Source: an uncultured virus (IMG/VR IMGVR_UViG_3300005077_000036) (Duplodnaviria > Heunggongvirae > Uroviricota > Caudoviricetes). Taken from it: a DNA stretch of 20,000 nucleotides. A program made the translations under genes and the position numbers. The notes under the pieces are model-generated. The model was not told the origin of the DNA. It did no database searches and saw only the letters and a list, made by a program, of their open reading frames with translations. Position 1 is the first letter of the stretch; each line of letters begins with the position of its first letter. Positions 1-8,978 of the stretch are shown here, in pieces. The stretch lies in IMG/VR virus record IMGVR_UViG_3300005077_000036; one strand, written 5' to 3'.

Positions 1-1
1 T

Positions 2-628
2 CAGGAAGGGTTTTCGATTTTTCAGAAGAAAGTGGTCGAAACGAATAACGCTGGCGGGAGCCCAAGCCTTCCGACGGCCCGCGTTGACGATGCGGGACCG
101 CCCACGTATGATCTTACCATGGCTGGCATATTCGGTAACGAGCGCGATTACGGCATCTTCGGACGCATCGTCGGCGATGTTGTCGATAAAAGAATTGGAG
201 ATGTTCAAGACATGCTGCAGGTGGTTGATCGCTACGCGACCACATCTACTACGACCACATCTGATCACCGATGGCCGCTCCTGCCCCCTCCGGACATGTA
301 TGGGAGGGACGGCCGCTTGAACCACGAGTATCGGAGGGATGACTCCGAACTTCGGGAGCGCTTGCGCCAGCTCACGGCGGAAAGGGAGCGAGCGCAGGCC
401 GATCGCGCGGCCCTTCAGCGAAAGCTCGACGAGCTGGAAAGACAGCGTCAGGACAGGGAGCGAAACCAAATCATAGAGGAGCTTGCTGCGATTCGACTTG
501 AACAGGAAGCGCGCGCCCGGCAGGTACGCTCCCAGCCTGCCCAGGCGAAGCCCAAGCAGCCGAAGCCGAAGCAGCTGACAGCCGGGACCGGAGGCGCGGA
601 CCGGCGCTTCGATTTCTCCGACGAGTAG
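2..628 (+). CDS. Hypothetical coiled-coil protein, possibly 5'-truncated by the window edge
   Basis: The frame is open from base 2 (QEGFSIFQKKV...) through the track's GTG at 32 to TAG 626-628. It has a long E/R/Q-rich helical segment (ELRERLRQLTAERERAQADRAALQRKLDELERQRQDRE) and a PKQPKPKQ low-complexity tail. Confidence 0.65.
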   Translation, partial: QEGFSIFQKKVVETNNAGGSPSLPTARVDDAGPPTYDLTMAGIFGNERDYGIFGRIVGDVVDKRIGDVQDMLQVVDRYATTSTTTTSDHRWPLLPPPDMYGRDGRLNHEYRRDDSELRERLRQLTAERERAQADRAALQRKLDELERQRQDRERNQIIEELAAIRLEQEARARQVRSQPAQAKPKQPKPKQLTAGTGGADRRFDFSDE

Positions 629-680
629 CTAAGCGTTCGCTTAGCAAATGCTTGACGACCAGCGCCGTCGCAGGCACGCT
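628..680 (+). promoter_or_regulatory. Palindromic operator-like site plus sigma70-like promoter for the 689 gene
   Basis: Perfect inverted repeat GCTAAGCG-TT-CGCTTAGC (628-645), then TTGACG (652-657), a 17 nt spacer and CACGCT (675-680). The ATG at 689 has no SD. The 639-656 18-mer recurs at 9731-9714 on the - strand. Confidence 0.6.
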
Positions 681-688
681 CCAATTTC

Positions 689-1456
689 ATGACGCAGCAA
701 GGTCGAATCCGCTGGCATTTGGATTCTCGCCTGGTCTCGTACTCGATCGCCGTCTCCTCCGAGTACGCAGAGGGCAAGAACAACGTAGTGGCCTACACGA
801 CACGGTTGTGTGCACAGGCCGCCTTGCAGGCCGCTGCTGGGCTTGCAGCTCTCAAGCAGGCCTGTGAGGCTGCTTCAGATGCGGACGCCATCTTGCCCGG
901 CGAGGATGGCGCGAAAAAAGACCGAGTCGCCACCGTCTTCCGATCACTCGCAGGAATCATCGAAGCACAAGCCGGCGAGCTTCGCGACACCTTCGAACTC
1001 ATCTGCGTCCTCGCGGAGAACACGAACGAACAGCATCCCGCGATGGATAACATGCGCGCCTTGGCTCGGGGAATGGGGCTCGACCTGTCCGAGCTTCAGG
1101 TGCACGAGGACTCCGCGATCTACGCGGACGAGGCCGTAAAGCAAGCTCCCGAAAGGCCCATGCGAAAAAAGGGCAGCGCTCGCCCTGCGCAGCTCACCAA
1201 GGACTTGTACCGGGCCGACCGCATCCGGGATCTGGTCACGAAATGCCTCGCCCGAGAGATATTCTACGTTCGCACGGGCCCCCTCACAGGATCTCTAGTG
1301 CCCATCGAAGGACGAACAGCCTCCGGGTGGGTTGAGCTGGGGCGATTCCGAGCGTCCATGCGTGACGTGAAGCACGTGTGCAAGAAAGCCAACCGAGAAC
1401 TATCCTCCCTCAAGCACACGCACCGCGACATCCTCGAAGAGAACGGGCTGTCATGA
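689..1456 (+). CDS. Hypothetical protein (255 aa)
   Basis: Protein-like composition, lies downstream of the promoter-like motif, and its TGA overlaps the recombinase ATG (ATGA 1453-1456). No family recognised. Confidence 0.75.
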   Translation: MTQQGRIRWHLDSRLVSYSIAVSSEYAEGKNNVVAYTTRLCAQAALQAAAGLAALKQACEAASDADAILPGEDGAKKDRVATVFRSLAGIIEAQAGELRDTFELICVLAENTNEQHPAMDNMRALARGMGLDLSELQVHEDSAIYADEAVKQAPERPMRKKGSARPAQLTKDLYRADRIRDLVTKCLAREIFYVRTGPLTGSLVPIEGRTASGWVELGRFRASMRDVKHVCKKANRELSSLKHTHRDILEENGLS

Positions 1457-4400
1457 ACCAGCCGCCACGATTCCCAGGCGATTTGATCCCCAATCGCCCC
1501 GACGCTCTCGGCGTCGAACCCGATTCGCTCGCTCGCGAAGTGCCTTATGGTCAAGTTCGAGCAGAGTCTACGAAATATCTCAATGCTCTTCGTCGCCTGG
1601 TCGCCCGCCTGGAGTCTTACGCAGGCGACACCTCCGAAGAATACCGGCGAGGCAAACGAAGCAGCCGGATGTCAGGCTCCGCGACTGCGAGGGTGTACCT
1701 TCGCTCGGTCGAGATTTGGAGCGGGTACTGCTACGAGAAATTCGGCAGAGAGCTTGATCCGGGCGAAGTGAGCGTCGAGGAGACGTACAAATTCGCCAAA
1801 TGGATGCTCGGAGGAAACGATCCGAAAGGCCTCGCTCGAATCAACCCAGACACGAGAGGCTTTACGGTCCGCTCCAAGGGCGATGATGCGTACCGCTTGT
1901 TCCAAGCCTGCATCAGAGCAACGCGAACGCGCCAGCGCGTGACCATCGCAGACATCGCCAACGAGCTTGAGCCGGACCTTCGGGCGAAGTGGGGTGTGAC
2001 CGGGGAAACGTACGCCGGACTGCACGACGCGATGATCGTGCTCACCCGAGAACTTCGCGTGGTCGACCGCCTTCCTCCCCTTCGCGAGCTTCGAGCCAAG
2101 TACAAAGGGTACAACCCGGACGTCGAAAAAAATCCTCTCACGTACCGCTACGAGGTGTCTCCCGCGAAAGCCTTGAAGATTTCGAGCGTGGCGGAGTATC
2201 TGTCGTGCTTGTCAGCGGTGTGGCGGGAATTCAATCAGCCAGAGTCGGGGTACGAGGGACCGCCGCTGCGATTCAACCCGTGGACCGAAGTGGCAAGAGA
2301 CTACGCCCGGAGGACCGCACGCCAAGTACGTGAGCGCAAAGAAGCCGGCGAATCCACCGTCATCACCACACCCCTCGTGAAAGCGTGCCTCCTCGCTGCC
2401 GCTGGCGTGGGCCTCGAACAGCGCCGAGACACGCTGCTTTTGAACATCTTGGCTCGACAAGGACTCCGCTCGGAGGAGATCGCCGCAGCGCAGCGGCAAG
2501 ACGTGAAGGATCAAGATGGCGTGCTCATCCTTTCAGTTGTTGGGAAAGGCAGAAAGCGTCGAACCATAGCTCTTTCATCAGCCGTGCGAGATGCTCTCAC
2601 GGCCATGGACACCACCCTGCAGGAATTGACTGGACAGCGCCGCAAAAATAACGAAGGCATCATCGAGCCGTCCTACGGAGCGAGGTACGCAGCAGAGCTG
2701 CTGGAACCCACGTCCCCGCTCTGTCCAAGCCTCGTTCGATGGGGCGCCAACGCACGCGACGAGTTCCCCGAAGTGGCGGCGCGAGAGCCTCTCGACGTCT
2801 CCGGTATCCGAGCGATTATCTCCCGAATCGCAGAGCGAGCCCGCGTTCGAGAGGTGGCAACGGGCGTCATCAGACCCCTGAGCGCGGAGGAGCGGCAGCG
2901 GGTCCACCCACACTCGTTTCGCCACTACTACGCGACCGCTGCACAGAAAAACAACGTTCCCATCCGACAAATCCAAGAGGATCTCGGACACGCGACGCTG
3001 AGCACCACCGAAACGTACGTCGAGGTGTTCACTCAGAAGAGCCTCGCAGCATCAACCGCGGTCGGTCGAGAAATCGACGGAGGGGGGCCGCTCACACCCG
3101 AGCAGGTTGCTTCTTTTACTTCGAAGGCAAGAAGCGCCATCGACCAACCCGAGATCGAGCCCGCTCGGCCTGAGGACGATCCCAACTTCAAGCGCGACGT
3201 CTCCCCGTCGACGCGCATCGCGCCGGAGGACCGAGTCCTCATCGCGAACCCGTACTGGGCATACGACAAGGGCGACGACATGCTGGCCTACCTGCCGACG
3301 CCCACGGCGACGATATTCAGCGCCGACAACGCGCAGCGGCTGGCCCGGCTCGAAGCCGCAGAGATGAACGCCGCCGCCTTGGGCGACACCGCCAAAGCCG
3401 CCTTCATCAGCGCGGAGAAAGCCGCAGTGTCCGCACGGTACGCGTACCTTACTCTGCGCATCGGAAGGCTTAGCCGACTCCCGTGGTGGGCAGGCAGAGC
3501 CAACAGGTGGACGTCCGGCACGCTAGCTCCCGTCCCATCGCCGTTTCAAATCGCGGGGGACGATCAGCACTCAGCAGATTTTGGCGAGTCGCTGGATGAC
3601 CTCTTCGCCTACACGTTCCGAACGAGAGGACCAAGCGCGGCTTCCTCAATGGTGTTCTGGCTGACTGAACTCGTTCAATACGCAGGCGTAGCTCTTTGGT
3701 CTGACGCGGAGGAACGAGGCGACAAGTGGATCGCCTTTTCCGAGCCCGCGTACCCCGACGCCGGAGTCGTGCGCGAGCACGAGGTGGCAGCGTTCGAGGC
3801 GTGGCTGGAAGAAAAAGGTATCGCCGCTTGGGCTCCGGAGAAGTCCAAGTCAGCAGGGCTTATCAAGAATCCCGTCATGGTCAACCTACAATCACTACCT
3901 GATTGGTTTTGGCTTGCGGACCCTATCGCCCCGCTGCCCGACAAAGAAAAGAAGCGTATCCAAGAATGGATACTTATACTCCGCGGCCGACGAACAGACC
4001 GAAGGCGCGTCCAGCGCAGGATCGAGCGCCTCGTGTCGCTTGCCAAGGCGCTCGAAGTCAAAGCGCGTGCGTACAGAAAGAAATTCCCCACCGACGAGTC
4101 TAGACAAACACCTGCCGGTGTCACTGAATCACAACTTCTTGGGTGGATGCGAACCCAGCTGGAGGACGAGCTTGCGCGCGCTTTCCCCGAAGCCGCCGGC
4201 AAGGTAACAGCGCCCGACATGGTTCAAGCCATTGTAGACGGCGCCGAGAACGAAACCGTCGCTCTGACCACCCTGCTCGTTCGAAAAGGAGCAGCGCTCG
4301 ACGGAGGAGGAACGGGCGAAGGTTGGGACGTGACGATGCGCAGCCCAAGGGAGCGAGCCCGGCTCATGAGCCCTGAATACCTCACTTGGCAAGATGGCAC

Positions 4401-5505
4401 CGTGCGCCACTCAGAGCAGGCGCGTAGGGCTTGGTTCGAGGCCTACGGTACAGACTCGGAGTGCGTGGTCCGGCGCGCCCTGAGGGCCGTCTGGGAGCGC
4501 CGCAGGCTGCTTGCAGCCGGAAGCGACCGAGGGGCTTCCACGAGACTCTGGGAGCAGTGGCTCGCCTTCGTCGTTCCGTGCGCCCCGGAAATGGAAAAGC
4601 GGCTCATTGACTCCGGCTGGGTGCCGCCCGCTACCCCGACCGAACGCCTCGCTCAGCTACGTCAAATATGGCAAGGCTTCGTAGCTTGGATCGTTCAGCG
4701 GCAGGGCGTACAGCCGAAGATCCCCGCGCTTCCCCAAGAGGTCGTTGATCAGGTCTTTGGACCTCTCGCCTACTCCATCGAGCGATTCGTCGAAGCCACA
4801 CAAGGCAGCGCTCGCGCACAACCCCCCGCGCCAACCGCGCGCATGCCCGAAGCCACCGCTCCCGAGTTCGCCCCGTACGAAGACCCCGCCTGGCAGCGAG
4901 GAGCGCAAACACAGGCCCCCCGCTGGACGCCTCCCCCCGCGCTCTGGGAAACGCGACCGTACGACGCCAAGTGGCCCGGGTACCCGCTCGTTGACTGGAC
5001 CTTCGAAAATGGCCTTGGCCCCGCAACGAAACGCCTCGTCGACAAGTCCACCGGCCAGCTGTGGGCGCCCGTCACGGATGAGGACGTGAAACTGTGGAAG
5101 TCGCACATGCGGACGTACGCACGATGGAGGCGCCGGTTCACCGCTGCTGACAGGCGGTTCGAGGGCCCTCACATGCTGAGCGGCGAGAGGGTTGAGCCCG
5201 CGAAGCTCCGCACTCACGGCTGGGAAGATCCCGAGCCTGAAGGCGTCCAGTGGCTCGGCTACCCGTGGATCAGCCCACGAGAAAGGGCAAAGGCGGCGGC
5301 GTTCTACGTGCAGCTCCCCGTGCTGCCGGGACAACCCCTGTCGCCATTCTTCAACGAGTCCATGAGAGCCTACGCTCGATGGAAGCGCTCCGAGATGGGA
5401 GCACGAGCGAATCCCTCACCCGACATCCTCGTCGGCGGCGCCTTCGGCGCACCCACGGTCATGGAGTACGCCCTGCTGTGCGCCTGGCCGGAGTCAGTTG
5501 AGTAA
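1453..5505 (+). CDS. Giant tyrosine recombinase/integrase (~1350 aa) with long C-terminal extension
   Basis: RRDTLLLNILARQGLRSEEI (catalytic R 2467), VVGKGRKRRTI (K 2545), VHPHSFRH (HxxR 2911-2922) and IQEDLGHATLSTTETY (H 2989, Y 3016). Core-binding-like helices ATARVYLRSV and SSVAEYLSCLSAVW...NPW lie upstream. Start moved from GTG 1378 to ATG 1453 because of the ATGA coupling. Confidence 0.93.
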   Translation: MNQPPRFPGDLIPNRPDALGVEPDSLAREVPYGQVRAESTKYLNALRRLVARLESYAGDTSEEYRRGKRSSRMSGSATARVYLRSVEIWSGYCYEKFGRELDPGEVSVEETYKFAKWMLGGNDPKGLARINPDTRGFTVRSKGDDAYRLFQACIRATRTRQRVTIADIANELEPDLRAKWGVTGETYAGLHDAMIVLTRELRVVDRLPPLRELRAKYKGYNPDVEKNPLTYRYEVSPAKALKISSVAEYLSCLSAVWREFNQPESGYEGPPLRFNPWTEVARDYARRTARQVRERKEAGESTVITTPLVKACLLAAAGVGLEQRRDTLLLNILARQGLRSEEIAAAQRQDVKDQDGVLILSVVGKGRKRRTIALSSAVRDALTAMDTTLQELTGQRRKNNEGIIEPSYGARYAAELLEPTSPLCPSLVRWGANARDEFPEVAAREPLDVSGIRAIISRIAERARVREVATGVIRPLSAEERQRVHPHSFRHYYATAAQKNNVPIRQIQEDLGHATLSTTETYVEVFTQKSLAASTAVGREIDGGGPLTPEQVASFTSKARSAIDQPEIEPARPEDDPNFKRDVSPSTRIAPEDRVLIANPYWAYDKGDDMLAYLPTPTATIFSADNAQRLARLEAAEMNAAALGDTAKAAFISAEKAAVSARYAYLTLRIGRLSRLPWWAGRANRWTSGTLAPVPSPFQIAGDDQHSADFGESLDDLFAYTFRTRGPSAASSMVFWLTELVQYAGVALWSDAEERGDKWIAFSEPAYPDAGVVREHEVAAFEAWLEEKGIAAWAPEKSKSAGLIKNPVMVNLQSLPDWFWLADPIAPLPDKEKKRIQEWILILRGRRTDRRRVQRRIERLVSLAKALEVKARAYRKKFPTDESRQTPAGVTESQLLGWMRTQLEDELARAFPEAAGKVTAPDMVQAIVDGAENETVALTTLLVRKGAALDGGGTGEGWDVTMRSPRERARLMSPEYLTWQDGTVRHSEQARRAWFEAYGTDSECVVRRALRAVWERRRLLAAGSDRGASTRLWEQWLAFVVPCAPEMEKRLIDSGWVPPATPTERLAQLRQIWQGFVAWIVQRQGVQPKIPALPQEVVDQVFGPLAYSIERFVEATQGSARAQPPAPTARMPEATAPEFAPYEDPAWQRGAQTQAPRWTPPPALWETRPYDAKWPGYPLVDWTFENGLGPATKRLVDKSTGQLWAPVTDEDVKLWKSHMRTYARWRRRFTAADRRFEGPHMLSGERVEPAKLRTHGWEDPEPEGVQWLGYPWISPRERAKAAAFYVQLPVLPGQPLSPFFNESMRAYARWKRSEMGARANPSPDILVGGAFGAPTVMEYALLCAWPESVE

Positions 5506-5511
5506 TTTACG

Positions 5512-6060
5512 ATGAAAAGCAGAGGATTCGCACTACCAGCCCGCCCTCAAGCGTACTCCGTCGAGGGAGACACCCTCGCGGCCGAGACCGGTCGGCTCGT
5601 CCTTGTCCGGCATTTGCGAGCCCCCACGACACCGAGAGACGGCGTCTTCCTGCTCTTCCCCGCCCTTCCGAGGCCGTACGAGCTGCTCCGGGTGGACTAC
5701 ACCCACATTGCAGTGATGCTTGCGGACGAGCAGCTTGGCGGCATTGCGCCCCGCGGCGAGGGGTTCGTCGGGGCATGCACGGGGCCCGGCCTGCTCATCG
5801 CGCTCGTGGACTCGCTGTTCCTGTACCCCTGGCCCGCAGAAGGCCCGGAGTACGAGAGGATGCTCAAGGCGTCAAAGAAGGCGGGAGGCTCATTCGTTCG
5901 GGAGCACGGGGGGCTCGGCGCCGTGTTCAAAACAGGCGAGATCCACCAGCGCTGGACGCTGTCAAAGGTCCGATGCGACGCCAAGGGCCAGCTGCTTGGT
6001 GCGCTGGTAGAGCTGGTGGTGAAAGATGAGATGGACGACGAGCTATCGGACGTAGCCTGA
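5512..6060 (+). CDS. Hypothetical protein (182 aa)
   Basis: ATG 6 nt after the recombinase stop, plausible globular composition, ends at the strand convergence point. Confidence 0.7.
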   Translation: MKSRGFALPARPQAYSVEGDTLAAETGRLVLVRHLRAPTTPRDGVFLLFPALPRPYELLRVDYTHIAVMLADEQLGGIAPRGEGFVGACTGPGLLIALVDSLFLYPWPAEGPEYERMLKASKKAGGSFVREHGGLGAVFKTGEIHQRWTLSKVRCDAKGQLLGALVELVVKDEMDDELSDVA

Positions 6061-6073
6061 AGCCGTGGACTGA

Positions 6074-6514
6074 TCAGAACGCCCTGTACGGAGGCGCACC
6101 TGGAGGCGGGCCAGGGGGCGCCGCCGGGGCGGGTGCTTGGGCCGGCGGCTGCATGACCACGTCCGAGGCCCAAGAAACGCTCAGGACCGTCGAGGGGCGG
6201 AACGCGAAGTACAGGGTGGGCATCTGGTAGGACGAGGGCGCGTCCGCAGACTGGCGAGGTCGCGTCTCCAGCACGTAGTGCGGCTCCACTTCCGTGCCGT
6301 GATTTGCCAAGCGGCCAATCATCACCGGACCGCTTATCGGCTGCATCACGCGGGCTCGTTCCGGCGTCACCATGGCCGATACCGCAGGAGCAATGCTCAT
6401 CGCAGCCGGATCGAACGCTGGCATCACAAGCGGGCCTGCAAACTGTACCATGATCACTCTTCCAACGAGCGAAGCCCAGTCGAAATCGTCAGGCGGAGGA
6501 CCTTCCACCTTCAC
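6074..6514 (-). CDS. Hypothetical protein (~146 aa) with Pro-rich C-terminus
   Basis: An in-frame GTG at 6514 overlaps the upstream TGA (GTGA) with AAGGA just upstream. Preferred over ATG 6613, which would overlap the glycosyltransferase by ~100 nt. Confidence 0.65.
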   Translation of the reverse strand: MKVEGPPPDDFDWASLVGRVIMVQFAGPLVMPAFDPAAMSIAPAVSAMVTPERARVMQPISGPVMIGRLANHGTEVEPHYVLETRPRQSADAPSSYQMPTLYFAFRPSTVLSVSWASDVVMQPPAQAPAPAAPPGPPPGAPPYRAF

Positions 6515-7581
6515 ACCAGGTCCTTGATCTCCTTCGCCAGCTTCGCCGTCACGCTCTCCCATGACCAATTCTCCCTCACCCACGCCTGATTTTCTCTTGC
6601 GAGTTTCTGCCATTGCTCAATTCCCTCGATAAATTGCTTCAGCTCGGATTTGATTGTGATGGTGGGCGCCAGCCCGGACGGGTCGTAGCTCACCCCGACC
6701 AACATGGGGCCACCCTGAATCGGCACGCACCCGCACTGCCCTTTTACGTTTTTTAGCCACTCCAAGTGCCCGGTCTCGGCCGACACCAGGCAAGGCACCC
6801 CAACAGCCAATGCTTCGAGCGGCACCAAGCCGAACCCCTCCGCTCGGCTGGGCTGCATGACGCCGTCAAACTGAGCGAGCAGGGCACCCATGACATCCGG
6901 CGTTACCGCCCAGCGCTGTGTCACGGTCACCACGCCCGACGCGCCAAGGTCTGCGACGAACTCGGCAACCTTCCCAATCTGCGACGTGGAAACGACAACG
7001 GTCAGCACCTCCGAACTCGCTGCCGCCGCGAACCTTCGAATGAGGTGAAGGGTGTTTTTTCGTTCGATCGAGCTTTCCGCAAGGTGCAGGTAGTTCCGCC
7101 TGCCTGGCACAACCACACAAGGCACTTTGGCCGCCGCACTGCCGAGGGACTTGCTCACCCCATGCGGCACGACCTTGGTTCGGAACGCCCAAGAATCCGC
7201 CTCCTCGCCCGAGAATTCTTTCTGCATCGCGCCGACCACGACCGCCTTGCCCCAAGCGCTCGGCACGAGAACCCGCGTACAGTTTTCTCGTATGGCCCAA
7301 AGCAGCCCGGGAGGAAGCCACGTCGAATTGGGCGCGACCATCGCCCACCTGTGATCATGCCCCGCCATCGATAGAAGCCGAAGCATGTTGCCCGGACCCA
7401 CCATGATCCCAACAGCGACGCCCATGCAGGCATCATCAGATGGTAGTTCTCCTTGCTGGTAGTAAACGGACCCTGCCTCTATCCCGTGGTCTCGCAGCCC
7501 CTCAACAAGACCGTTTGCCACCACGTTGAACGAACCGTAGTCGCCCGCAGGCTGATAGATAGCTACTTGCATTTTTCTCAC
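6511..7581 (-). CDS. Glycosyltransferase, GT-B fold, family GT4-like (356 aa)
   Basis: YLHLAESSIERKN, and QPSRAEGFGLVPLEALAVGVPCLVS (E-x7-E motif). N-terminal GSFNVVANGLVEGLRDHG and VLVPSAW...VVPHGV. GTGA coupling to the upstream gene. Confidence 0.92.
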   Translation of the reverse strand: MRKMQVAIYQPAGDYGSFNVVANGLVEGLRDHGIEAGSVYYQQGELPSDDACMGVAVGIMVGPGNMLRLLSMAGHDHRWAMVAPNSTWLPPGLLWAIRENCTRVLVPSAWGKAVVVGAMQKEFSGEEADSWAFRTKVVPHGVSKSLGSAAAKVPCVVVPGRRNYLHLAESSIERKNTLHLIRRFAAAASSEVLTVVVSTSQIGKVAEFVADLGASGVVTVTQRWAVTPDVMGALLAQFDGVMQPSRAEGFGLVPLEALAVGVPCLVSAETGHLEWLKNVKGQCGCVPIQGGPMLVGVSYDPSGLAPTITIKSELKQFIEGIEQWQKLARENQAWVRENWSWESVTAKLAKEIKDLV

Positions 7582-8978
7582 AGCGACAGGTCCTTCGTGG
7601 GCACCTTCGTCCCAGCAGTCAGCTCGTCCACGCGATCTCGCATCATCCTACCGATTGCGTCGATCGAATAATTCGAGAAACAGAGGGGCGTTCTTAGGTC
7701 TTCGTCCCTGCTCATGTACAGCTGCCTCATGTAGCGCCCTAGCTCGTTGGCATCGTACTTAGCCCACTCGGAACCGGGAGCGTAGTTGTAGTAAGAGAGA
7801 GTTGGCTCCGACGCCCCTTGCGCACGGAAGCACATGCTCCACTTGTGGCCTTCGCAGTAATCAGGCGGGCCGCCCCAGCCAGCATGCAGAACCGGCAACC
7901 CGGCGACTCGCGCGTCGAACGCCGGAAGGTCAAACCCTTCAGTTTTCCCGGTGCTCAGGTACACGTGGGAGTTTTCGTAAAGCTGGACCATCTCCTCCCG
8001 CGTGTGCCGCACGTTCCAGTACCGAACAATGTGCCTTCGCAGCTCCGCTCGGGTCCAGCCCCGCGTCTGGGCGAAAGGCGACGAACATACCTCGTTGATT
8101 GCCTCCTCGATGTCCTTCGCGTAGCCGCCGTCGCCCTGAAAGTAAGGCGAGCACTTCAGAATGACTCGCACATCATCAGAGGGCTGAAACCACATCGCAA
8201 GCGCCGCAATGATCGCAACTTGGTTCTTCCTCGGCTCCCACTTGCCGATATGCAGGAACGTGAACGGGGCCGTTTTCGAAGGCGCGCGAGCGTGGCGCAT
8301 GGGATCTTGAAAATCCATCGGATGAGGCACGACGCGGATTCGCTCCCTCTCGATCCCCGATGAAACGAGCCATTCGACAGCTTGGTTGTGGGTCACCCAA
8401 AGCTCGGGAAGCTTGGTGAGCATCCACGCATCCTCCTCAGACGGCGGCGCTTCCCACGCGCAAAGCAGCACCGTCGTGGAGAGCATGGCTTTTCTCTCCT
8501 GCGGAGTCATTCGGTCGTAGTGCCGCGGGAAGACAACCCGACTCAACGCTTCGCTCGTGGGCACCACGTGACGAATCGTGAGGGCCGTTTTTTCATGCTG
8601 CAGCGTGGTGAGGTGTCCGATATGCTGACGCGCGCCCTCAGGAAGCTCGTGAAAAGCCGTGAAGCCAAGGACCCCATCATTCGATGAACGGTAGGTCTCG
8701 GACTGCAAGAAAAGCGGGATACGAGTGCGCCACAGCGCAAGCGCATAGCGCCTCACCGCTATGCACACCCCGTCTGCTTCGTTCTCCCAGGGCCCTCGAT
8801 ACACGACACCGACCGGGTATCTCGCTGGCCTACTGCATCGAGAATGATCGCCTTCGACACCCTTTTCTTTCGGAGCCAGTTCTTCGAATTGCTCCGGGTT
8901 CAGGCAAGCATCCTGCACGTCAGACTGTGCCTGCTCGTCAATTTGACGTTGAGCAGAAAGAATGTCGTCCTCAGACAC
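7578..8978 (-). CDS. Glycosyltransferase, GT-B fold, family GT4-like (~466 aa)
   Basis: FTFLHIGKWEPRKNQ, YLSTGKTEGFDLPAFDARVAGLPV (E-x7-D variant) and RIRVVPHP. Probable start is GTG 8978 (AAGGGG upstream, overlaps the previous stop) rather than TTG 9059. Confidence 0.9.
   Translation of the reverse strand: MSEDDILSAQRQIDEQAQSDVQDACLNPEQFEELAPKEKGVEGDHSRCSRPARYPVGVVYRGPWENEADGVCIAVRRYALALWRTRIPLFLQSETYRSSNDGVLGFTAFHELPEGARQHIGHLTTLQHEKTALTIRHVVPTSEALSRVVFPRHYDRMTPQERKAMLSTTVLLCAWEAPPSEEDAWMLTKLPELWVTHNQAVEWLVSSGIERERIRVVPHPMDFQDPMRHARAPSKTAPFTFLHIGKWEPRKNQVAIIAALAMWFQPSDDVRVILKCSPYFQGDGGYAKDIEEAINEVCSSPFAQTRGWTRAELRRHIVRYWNVRHTREEMVQLYENSHVYLSTGKTEGFDLPAFDARVAGLPVLHAGWGGPPDYCEGHKWSMCFRAQGASEPTLSYYNYAPGSEWAKYDANELGRYMRQLYMSRDEDLRTPLCFSNYSIDAIGRMMRDRVDELTAGTKVPTKDLSL

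Noticed and set aside
1378..1452. Track start (GTG 1378) of the recombinase
   Set aside because: It overlaps the upstream gene by 79 nt. ATG 1453 gives a canonical ATGA coupling.
1453..3018. Calling the recombinase xerC/xerD
   Set aside because: Motifs are generic to tyrosine recombinases. Size, insertions and context do not fit chromosomal Xer, and no dif or att site was recognised.
6061..6073. Bidirectional terminator at the strand convergence
   Set aside because: Only a 13 nt gap, with no convincing hairpin or U-tract.
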